NCBI GenBank assembly: GCA_965219455.1
Contig: OZ244744.1
Coordinates: forward strand, 3,360,001 to 3,424,000
DNA: 64,000 bases
Direction: 5' to 3'
DNA from: Candidatus Latescibacterota bacterium
GTDB lineage: Bacteria; Latescibacterota; UBA2968; GCA-2709665
A program made the translations under genes and the position numbers. The notes below the pieces were generated by a model. It was not told where the DNA came from. It ran no database searches and saw nothing but the letters and a program-made list of their open reading frames with translations. Shown here one piece after another: positions 57,084-64,000 of this stretch. Position 1 is the first letter of the stretch. The number at the start of each line of letters is the position of its first letter.

Positions 57084-59933
57084 TTACTGAGGCGCGAGAT
57101 ATCGGTCTCCGTTGAAATGAATTAGATGGTCCGGTATTTCTGATAGCCAAACTTCCGTCTCCCATGCAATTTCGACGATGAAATTCTTGAATACCGTGAA
57201 GTCAGGAAACGCACTGACGTATACTCGCTTCGCAGTGCAAGTTTTGAACGTCTCCTCCAATTCGATATGGCGTTTTGGAGACACTGGACCGTGAGAAGTG
57301 ACGGCTTCAATTAAATACAGCCGGTTCCGCTTTTCTTCAAATAAAACTATATCTGGTAGCTTGTCGTGGCTTGGAATAGGTAAACCAAGCTCCTCGAAGG
57401 TCTCCTGATTTACAATCAACGCCTTATCCTCTGCATCGCCAAGGTAGAGAAGTTGGGCTCCCGGGGCGAATCGTGGTCCGAATTCCTCAACAACGGCAGC
57501 TTGTAATTCGTTGTGTGGACCGGGCGATAGATGAAACGCTTCGCCGCTTGGCAATTGCAAAGGCACCCGGTGCTGATCTCGACGTTTCTGATAAATCTCG
57601 AATAGTGAGCCCTTTGCTTCATTGAATGATGCAATCGCTTGTTGCCACATTTCGGTACGATACGCTATAATAGTCCGGATCGCGGATTCAGATAACGCAT
57701 AATGGGTGCGCGGACTGTTTGTCGGTAGGGTAGGGTCATCAGGGTTTCGAACGACAAGGCCTGCCTGTTCAAATTGATGAATGACCTGACGACGAATCGT
57801 CTCTCGGGTATTCTCCGCATATTCGCGATTGTATCTGTCCTTGATGTTTTCTAATATATCGTGTATGCGCAAACTATGGCATTTCGCGTCAGTCCAGGGC
57901 GTTTCTTCAGAAAGTTGTGCCAACACAAGCAATGTCAGAGCCGCTATTTCGTTTTGTTGTGCGGGAGGTAGACCTAAAGATTTCAATACCTCCTGAGCCT
58001 CCTGTATTTTTCCGTTCGCCATGCGGGTTTCCTTTATTGTCGGGAAATCTCTCGGAATACATCCAGTTTCTCTCAAGGTGGGAAAAACCAGGCGGTCTAT
58101 ATCCACGCCTGTTTCTGATATATCAGTTGACCGAACCTGTTCTCCAATTCGCCTGATGACTGTTCGAGGCGGAAGTGGCAATGCGCGTAATTCCATTGCG
58201 TTTACCTGGGTATTTCCATTTGAAATGCGGAAGTACCGATCCAATAGCGCACTGTTGAAGATAGCTGATAGTCCAAGCGTCTCCTCATCATCGAGTTCCT
58301 CGTTCTTTTTGTAAATGTAATTGAGATGATTCTCCAGCCCAATCCTTTTGTGTGTAAATTGGTCTCTCAGAAAGGGCGCGGCAATTAGACGACGCGGTTC
58401 TTCCTTTGCGCTAAACCTGCGAAGCAGGACGTAGTTGGAAACCGGAACGGACAGATCGTGAGTGGCTTCACCGAGACGGATGCTCTGCGGCTTGTTACCT
58501 TTCGTCGCCGGCCATTCAACTTTTCGGTGTCGGATGTTGCGCATCCATAGAAGCGGGATTGCTTCGTTCTGTTCAACTGCACCTTCATCCGCGAGATATT
58601 GTCGAGCGCGGAAGGCAACGACCGGACCTGTTGAGACTTCCAGACCGTATTCCTGCAACGTGGCTGGCCAGCTATCCACGATATCAATGACCTGTTCGTC
58701 AAATTCGCTCGTCGGTAATCTGAAGTTCAGCTTGTTCTTGTACTCCCGAATGAAATGCTTCATCGATACCATACGGGATTTTGTTTCGCCTAAATCCAGC
58801 GCATTTTTGGATGATGATATCTTAATAAATATAGGTTCGGGTAACTTCCTGTCCTGCAATCTTCGGTAAGTAATAATAACATTTTCCTGAAGGACAGAAT
58901 CTTTACTAAACGTCTCGTGGCGCGACTCAAATAAGTGAAGTGACAGAGGGAGCGTTTGGCTGATAAACTCCCGCCTGAATGAGGAAAAGTAAGCGCCGGA
59001 ACAGAAGCTTCGTGGGACGATAAAACATGCGCACCCCAGGGGCGCAAGCATTCTTGCTGAGAGTGCCATGAACAGGGTGTAGATATTCGAATGTCCTTTA
59101 ATTTGGCCGGCCACTGCTTTCACGCGAGGGTCGTCGCTATTGAGTTTGAAATAGGGTGGATTCGCGATAATCTTGTCGTATAGTAATCGTTTTCTCGGTT
59201 CACCGGTTTTGTCAGCTTCGAAGAGTGAAGGCTGAGAAGAAGGGATGCAATCGAAGATGAAATCGCGATTATGTACCTGTGCGTGAACCGTAATGCCCTT
59301 TTCTTGAGCACGTCTTGTTGCCTTTTCAAGTGCCTCGCGAGCTACTTCAACTAAGTCTTTGTCGATTTCATATCCGTCGATCCATAGCTCTATTGGGCGT
59401 CCTTCAATTATGGTGCGCTCAATAAGGGCACATGCGAGAACGCCGGAACCAATGGATGGATCGAGCAACCGTTCCCCGTTTCGCACCGGTCCGAGTTGCC
59501 TGGCCATAAAACGGCCGACCAGATCGGGCGTAAGGAATTGTCCGTTTCGCTTTCGGTATGCTTCAGGCCTTTCTGATAGCGTGTTTTCGCCCATCTTAAG
59601 ACTGAAATCTACTAAGTCCGGCAAACCATAGGGTGCGACCGTCTCTGCAACGGACATGGTAGATACACGATGCAGGACGGATGTGGCATATTCAGGATCC
59701 TTTCTTATAAACGCCTTCATCGCTTTCGTTAGCCTACCCGAACGAAGCAACAGTTCGTCAGGATCGCATTCCAAAACCCGGGTCAGCCGTACGATTAACG
59801 ATTCAGATGGCAGGATTTTTCCTGCCTCGATTCGTGAGAAGTGAGCAGGATCAACTCCTACAGCAGATGAGAGTGAACGTAAGCTTATATTATTCTTCAT
59901 TCTAAGCGAACGCATGTATTCGCCAAATTCCAT
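57084..59933 (-). CDS. Fused XRE-HTH + N6-adenine methyltransferase (Eco57I-type) + BsuBI/PstI-family restriction endonuclease
   Basis: N-terminal HTH (SLRSLSSAVGVDPAHFSRIEAG); GQFLTP, LDPSIGSG, IANPPY, GNTQVNA; from M638 KIQEAQEVLKSLGLP, YAENTRETIRRQ, PD...IEAVTSHGP, IAWETEVW, HLIHFNG. Confidence 0.92.
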   Translation of the reverse strand: MEFGEYMRSLRMKNNISLRSLSSAVGVDPAHFSRIEAGKILPSESLIVRLTRVLECDPDELLLRSGRLTKAMKAFIRKDPEYATSVLHRVSTMSVAETVAPYGLPDLVDFSLKMGENTLSERPEAYRKRNGQFLTPDLVGRFMARQLGPVRNGERLLDPSIGSGVLACALIERTIIEGRPIELWIDGYEIDKDLVEVAREALEKATRRAQEKGITVHAQVHNRDFIFDCIPSSQPSLFEADKTGEPRKRLLYDKIIANPPYFKLNSDDPRVKAVAGQIKGHSNIYTLFMALSARMLAPLGCACFIVPRSFCSGAYFSSFRREFISQTLPLSLHLFESRHETFSKDSVLQENVIITYRRLQDRKLPEPIFIKISSSKNALDLGETKSRMVSMKHFIREYKNKLNFRLPTSEFDEQVIDIVDSWPATLQEYGLEVSTGPVVAFRARQYLADEGAVEQNEAIPLLWMRNIRHRKVEWPATKGNKPQSIRLGEATHDLSVPVSNYVLLRRFSAKEEPRRLIAAPFLRDQFTHKRIGLENHLNYIYKKNEELDDEETLGLSAIFNSALLDRYFRISNGNTQVNAMELRALPLPPRTVIRRIGEQVRSTDISETGVDIDRLVFPTLRETGCIPRDFPTIKETRMANGKIQEAQEVLKSLGLPPAQQNEIAALTLLVLAQLSEETPWTDAKCHSLRIHDILENIKDRYNREYAENTRETIRRQVIHQFEQAGLVVRNPDDPTLPTNSPRTHYALSESAIRTIIAYRTEMWQQAIASFNEAKGSLFEIYQKRRDQHRVPLQLPSGEAFHLSPGPHNELQAAVVEEFGPRFAPGAQLLYLGDAEDKALIVNQETFEELGLPIPSHDKLPDIVLFEEKRNRLYLIEAVTSHGPVSPKRHIELEETFKTCTAKRVYVSAFPDFTVFKNFIVEIAWETEVWLSEIPDHLIHFNGDRYLAPQ

Positions 59934-59993
59934 TTTTTCCCTTCGTTAATAAAATTCGCACCGAAATATGATTTATTCGTCACGGCCTCTGCT

Positions 59994-60026
59994 AATATAT
60001 TCGCCGTTGATCGATTTGTCAACGGC
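59994..60026 (-). promoter_or_regulatory. Sigma70 promoter of the fused R-M gene overlapped by a palindromic operator
   Basis: Minus strand TTGACA-17nt-TATATT; perfect IR GCCGTTGA-8nt-TCAACGGC at 60003-60026. Confidence 0.75.
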
Positions 60027-60214
60027 ATATGTACGGTTCGTTCGGATATTAGGCCGCCTTGAAACTTAGCTTGAAAAATCGGATTTGTTCGAGTTTCTTG
60101 AATTGGAATATGTATGTATATTTCAAGCCAAGTGTGGTCTATTCCACAACTTGAACCGCCCCTCTCACCAAGTAGTCATTCCGAACGTGTGCGCACAGCC
60201 GCCCGGGGTTCTTT

Positions 60215-60331
60215 ATGGTCATCTTGCGAGGGCCTATTGTTGACGGCGGGGCGGGCGAGCAGATCGACGCCAGGACCCACGTCCTGACATCCGATGGCCG
60301 TCTTACGCATCCACGCGAGACCATGCTCAAG
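60215..60331 (+). pseudogene. Orphan diverged copy 2 of the 5' end (39 codons) of the CehA/McbA-like gene
   Basis: MVILRGPIVDGGAGEQIDARTHVLTSDGRLTHPRETMLK vs MGILRGHIIDGATGEQISAKVHVLSSDGRFTHPREAVLK (27/39 identical by hand count); upstream cccggggttctttATG vs cccggagttctctATG. Confidence 0.9.
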
Positions 60332-60358
60332 GAATACCTCGTCCACAATCTTGAAAAG

Positions 60359-60383
60359 GTGGAGCAGACATTCCTGTCTGCTC
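60359..60383 (+). repeat. REP-like palindrome (GTGG type)
   Basis: GTG-GAGCAGACA-TTCC-TGTCTGCTC perfect 9-bp stem. Confidence 0.65.
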
Positions 60384-60607
60384 AAAGACATCAAATCGAA
60401 ACATCAGAATCCTGCGTCCGGGCACGCCGCGAATCGCCGCCATCTTCCCAAACTCACGGGCGCTTCCGGGACTTTCCGGCTCGATAAGCCACAGTGCGGG
60501 GATGGCGTTGATTGATTCGCGAAAAAAGCAGCCAACGGTGACGATTTATGTATTAATCAGGCTGGTAAGCCGATGGGTCCACATTCAGCGAATGAACGAG
60601 GTGTCCG

Positions 60608-61771
60608 ATGAAAAAACGCTATACGTTTCATTTTACCCTCTCGTTTGTTTGTGTCCTGTTGGTGCAGAACAGCGTCGCTCAAGACAATAACCCCGTCAGT
60701 TTTCCCGAAGGCGGCACTACACTGCGTGGGCATGCGGGGGGTGTATTATCCGTGTCGTTTTCGCCGGACGGAAGGACCTTGGCCAGCGGGAGTATCGACG
60801 CGACGATTCGGTTGTGGGATGTGTCCAGCGGCCGGGAGAGGGCCATACTCACCGGGCATACGTGGCGGGTCCGTTCCGTTGCGTTCTCACCGGATGGGAG
60901 AACCCTGGCCAGTGGGAGCTATGACGCTACGGTTCGATTGTGGGACGTGGAAAGCGGTCTGGAGAAGATCAGGTTCACGGCGCATACGTGGCATGTCAAT
61001 TCCGTCGCGTTCTCGCCGAATGGGAGTACTCTCGCCAGTGGGAGTTCTGACCTTCGACTGTGGGATGTGTCCAGCGGACAGGAGAAGGCGGCGCTTCAGG
61101 GTAATATGTGGCCTGCTTTCTGCTTGTCGTTCTCGCCGGACGGCAGAATTCTCATCGGTTACATGGTTGACATCATCTTGTGGGACGTGGCCAGCGGTCT
61201 GCAGAAGGCGAGATGGCATGCGCCCAGTGGCAGATCCATCAGTTCGTTGTCGTTCTCGCCGGACGGGGGCACTCTCGCAAGCGGGGGCCATGATGCTACG
61301 GTTCGATTGTGGGATGTGGAAAGCGGCCAACAAAAAGCCACGTTCCGAAGGTATTCGGGTGCTATACTTTCCGTGTCGTTCTCACCGGATGGGAGTATTC
61401 TCGCCAGCGGAGGTGAAGACCATACGGTTCGATTGTGGGACGTGGAAAGCGGTCAGGAGAAGGCTACATTGCAAGGGCATTTGGCGCCTGTCCGTACCGT
61501 TCAGTTCTCGCAGAACGGGAGGATTCTGGCCAGTGGGAGTGACGACGCCACGATTCTGCTGTGGGATATGTCACCGTACATTACACCACAAACCGCCAAT
61601 GCGGACTTCGATGGCAATGGCACCGTTGACTTCGCCGACTTTTTGGAGTTTGCCGCGAGCTTCGGGTTGAATCACGGCGATGCGGGGTATGATACGGCGT
61701 TTGATCTGGACGGGGATGGCGCCATTGGATTCGGCGATTTTCTGATCTTTGCCAGGGCCTTCGGCGGTTAG
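60608..61771 (+). CDS. Secreted WD40-repeat protein with C-terminal EF-hand/dockerin-like domain
   Basis: Signal peptide; seven FSPDGxxLASG...RLWDV repeats; DFDGNGTVDFADF and DLDGDGAIGFGDF Ca-binding loops. Confidence 0.92.
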   Translation: MKKRYTFHFTLSFVCVLLVQNSVAQDNNPVSFPEGGTTLRGHAGGVLSVSFSPDGRTLASGSIDATIRLWDVSSGRERAILTGHTWRVRSVAFSPDGRTLASGSYDATVRLWDVESGLEKIRFTAHTWHVNSVAFSPNGSTLASGSSDLRLWDVSSGQEKAALQGNMWPAFCLSFSPDGRILIGYMVDIILWDVASGLQKARWHAPSGRSISSLSFSPDGGTLASGGHDATVRLWDVESGQQKATFRRYSGAILSVSFSPDGSILASGGEDHTVRLWDVESGQEKATLQGHLAPVRTVQFSQNGRILASGSDDATILLWDMSPYITPQTANADFDGNGTVDFADFLEFAASFGLNHGDAGYDTAFDLDGDGAIGFGDFLIFARAFGG

Positions 61772-62013
61772 GCGGGCATGCGGGAAACAAACTCAACCAG
61801 GTACGCATTTCTCGGCGGACGACGGCTGCATCGCAATTTTCGCGAAGACAATTGACTCCATTTGTGTGCGAATTGCTTGAAGGGGAGGAAATCCGTCATA
61901 CGTCAATACGGAAGTTTGGCCTATCTTGTCTCGTGACGTAACCATCCGGCGTATCGCCTGACACGAGAAAAATCACTCTGAGATCAACCACATACCACCA
62001 CCCGGAGTTCTCT

Positions 62014-63471
62014 ATGGGCATCTTGCGAGGGCATATAATCGACGGCGCGACCGGCGAGCAGATCAGCGCCAAGGTTCACGTCCTGTCGTCGGACGGACGT
62101 TTTACACACCCACGCGAGGCCGTGCTCAAGCGGGGCCCCGGCACGCCGTTTTTCTTCAGCGACGGAATGTTCGAGGTTCGCGGCGGTCGTGGACGCACCG
62201 ACGTTCTGGTGGAGCGCGGTACGGAATACGAGCCCCTGCGGACGGTGGTGGACATGCCCGAACACGGCAGCAGAGACGTCGAAATTACGCTCAACCGATG
62301 GTACGTACCGCAGGAAAACAACTGGTATCCGGGCAACACCCACATTCACTACGACGAAAAGGAAACGCGCCCCGACGACCGGCTGGCCATCGACTGCAGC
62401 GTGGAAGGCTACAACGTAACCGTAGTCAGCGTTCTGGACAGAAGACAACTTCCGTACGCCAGCAACAAATATCCCATTGGTGTGATGAACGAGTTCACCA
62501 CCGCGCATCACGTTCTGGACATCGGCGAAGAGAACCGCCACTACGGCGAGAACTCGCCCTGGGGTTTCGGATATGGACACGTAATGTTTCTCAACATCCG
62601 CAACCTGGTCCAGCCCGTCAGCCGCGGCCACATCCTCACCGCGCAGTTCGACCCGGACTATCCACCCCTGTGCTTCTGTTGCGACGAAGCCCGCGACCAG
62701 GGCGGCATTGTCATCTGGTGCCACAACGGCCGCGGGATGGAGGCCCCGGTTGCCGCGGTGCTGGGGAAACTGGACGCCTTCAATCTCTTCGATCCCTTCT
62801 GGATGGACCCCGAGTACGATCTCTGGTACAAGCTGCTCAATTGCGGTATCGCCCTCCCCGCATCCACCGGCACGGATTGGTTCGTCTGCTCAAACAACCG
62901 CGTGTACGTGAACACCAGTGACACGTTCTCCTACGAAAACTGGATCGCCGGCATGAAGGCGGGCAATACCTTCATCACCAATGGTCCCGCCATCGATCTG
63001 AGCGTCAACGATCAGCCGATGGGATCAACGGTTCAATTGCCCAGCGGGGGATCGCTCGATATCGAATCCAGGTTCACCTCCTTCTATCCCGTTCACCGCG
63101 CGGAAATCGTGATGAACGGCCGCGTGATTCACAGCGAGGGCGATGCCGAAGGCAAACGCGAAGGCGCCATCCGTCACCGGGTGGAGGTCGACCGCGATGG
63201 CTGGATCGCCGCGCGGCTTTGGGGCGACAGGCGCGACAGCTTCGACCAGTCCATCTACGCCCACAGCAGCCCGGTTTATTTTTCGTGCGGACGCCCTCCC
63301 GCCGAAAGGGACGAATCCGCCCGTTATTTCCTGAACGGAATCGAGGATTCGCTGAAGTGGATCGACACGTGGGGCCGTTACAACACCGACCGGCAGCGCG
63401 ACGACGTCAGGGAGCTCTTCCGCCGCGGGAGAGAAGGCTTCGCGGGGCTGGTAAGGGAAAGATCAAAATGA
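62014..63471 (+). CDS. CehA/McbA-family (PHP-like) metallohydrolase
   Basis: ERGTEY, WYPGNTHIH, WCH, WYKLLNCG..ASTGTD, FITNGP, AHSSPVY. Confidence 0.85.
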   Translation: MGILRGHIIDGATGEQISAKVHVLSSDGRFTHPREAVLKRGPGTPFFFSDGMFEVRGGRGRTDVLVERGTEYEPLRTVVDMPEHGSRDVEITLNRWYVPQENNWYPGNTHIHYDEKETRPDDRLAIDCSVEGYNVTVVSVLDRRQLPYASNKYPIGVMNEFTTAHHVLDIGEENRHYGENSPWGFGYGHVMFLNIRNLVQPVSRGHILTAQFDPDYPPLCFCCDEARDQGGIVIWCHNGRGMEAPVAAVLGKLDAFNLFDPFWMDPEYDLWYKLLNCGIALPASTGTDWFVCSNNRVYVNTSDTFSYENWIAGMKAGNTFITNGPAIDLSVNDQPMGSTVQLPSGGSLDIESRFTSFYPVHRAEIVMNGRVIHSEGDAEGKREGAIRHRVEVDRDGWIAARLWGDRRDSFDQSIYAHSSPVYFSCGRPPAERDESARYFLNGIEDSLKWIDTWGRYNTDRQRDDVRELFRRGREGFAGLVRERSK

Positions 63472-63689
63472 ACTGTATCCACTGTCGTGGGAAGATGCAA
63501 CGCTCGAAAGCGCCTTTCCACGTTGACCGCAACGGGTATCACCTTGTACTCGACACAGTCCCTGCCAGGGTCTGCGACCAATGCGGTGAGGCATACTTCG
63601 AGGAGCGCGAGGTCAATGCGATTCAGGCCGCTATTACGGGGCTCGACAACCGGCTCAACAGGTTGTTGGAGACAGTTGAGACCGATTGA
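63468..63689 (+). CDS. YgiT/MqsA-type zinc-finger protein (orphan antitoxin-like)
   Basis: MNCIHCRGKM...VPARVCDQCGEAYF; ATG 63468 overlaps the upstream TGA. Confidence 0.85.
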   Translation: MNCIHCRGKMQRSKAPFHVDRNGYHLVLDTVPARVCDQCGEAYFEEREVNAIQAAITGLDNRLNRLLETVETD

Positions 63690-63780
63690 AAGGGGGCTGT
63701 GGCAAATGGTCGTCCCAGCCCCTGTTTCCAACGATTTTACCTTTAGACCGTGGATTCAATCTATACTTCCCGAATGTAGG

Positions 63781-63882
63781 GCGACCGAAGTCGTCTCCAT
63801 TCTCACCAACGACAAACGCCGGGCCATCCACGACTTTATCGCGGGAACGGTCGTCGTCCGGACAAATCTCGAAGAACCGTAG
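63781..63882 (+). pseudogene. RDD-family C-terminal remnant
   Basis: EVVSILTNDKRRAIHDFIAGTVVVRT is the RDD C-terminal signature; no N-terminal part present. Confidence 0.65.
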
Positions 63883-64000
63883 GAGGACCGATCACTCGAA
63901 TCGTGAAATCTATCGCGAAATTGAAGCGCGGCCCATTGTGTCATGACAGCATAAGGGTTGCGCTTGCTTTTTGCCTTCTCGCTATCGCCCCTGGGATCCA

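Noticed and set aside
60215-60487. 90-aa ORF as a functional gene
   Set aside because: Only the first 39 codons are gene-derived; the rest reads through a REP palindrome and non-coding DNA.
60740-61570. CRISPR array or DGR template suggested by recurring DNA repeats
   Set aside because: Repeats are in-frame WD40 blades; no cas or reverse transcriptase genes; no CRISPR-like repeat-spacer array seen anywhere in the window.

Overview
GC-rich bacterial chromosomal window. The gene content (many orphan carbohydrate and amine catabolic enzymes, a TonB receptor, a WD40 protein with a C-terminal DxDxDG/dockerin-like tail, REP-like palindromes) resembles Latescibacterota/Poribacteria-like marine or sponge-associated genomes; this taxonomy is inference only. 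About 1-51.6 kb is mostly metabolic and housekeeping: Zn-dehydrogenase, psd, CocE hydrolase, aminotransferases, sialidase, msrB, sthA, cspA, heparinase-like lyase, a PTS-IIA/PII-like/two-antiporter operon, a frameshifted BCCT plus TonB receptor, fetAB, trmB, and a selenocysteine-containing selD (in-frame UGA plus SECIS) that the ORF track splits. A small antitoxin-mazF pair at 1.4-2 kb has its toxin broken by an 8-bp tandem duplication. About 51.7-62 kb is an accessory/defence region: pentapeptide protein, higBA, an HD-hydrolase + YwgA pair, a decayed type III Res gene, a single-ORF HTH-methylase-BsuBI/PstI nuclease with a palindrome over its promoter, and a WD40 protein. Most striking: the 5' end of the CehA/McbA-like gene at 62014 recurs as two diverged orphan copies (53971 and 60215) that bracket the cargo blocks. 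This suggests stacked insertions that each replace the gene's 5' end, with no integrase in the window. No CRISPR array, rRNA or tRNA was recognised.
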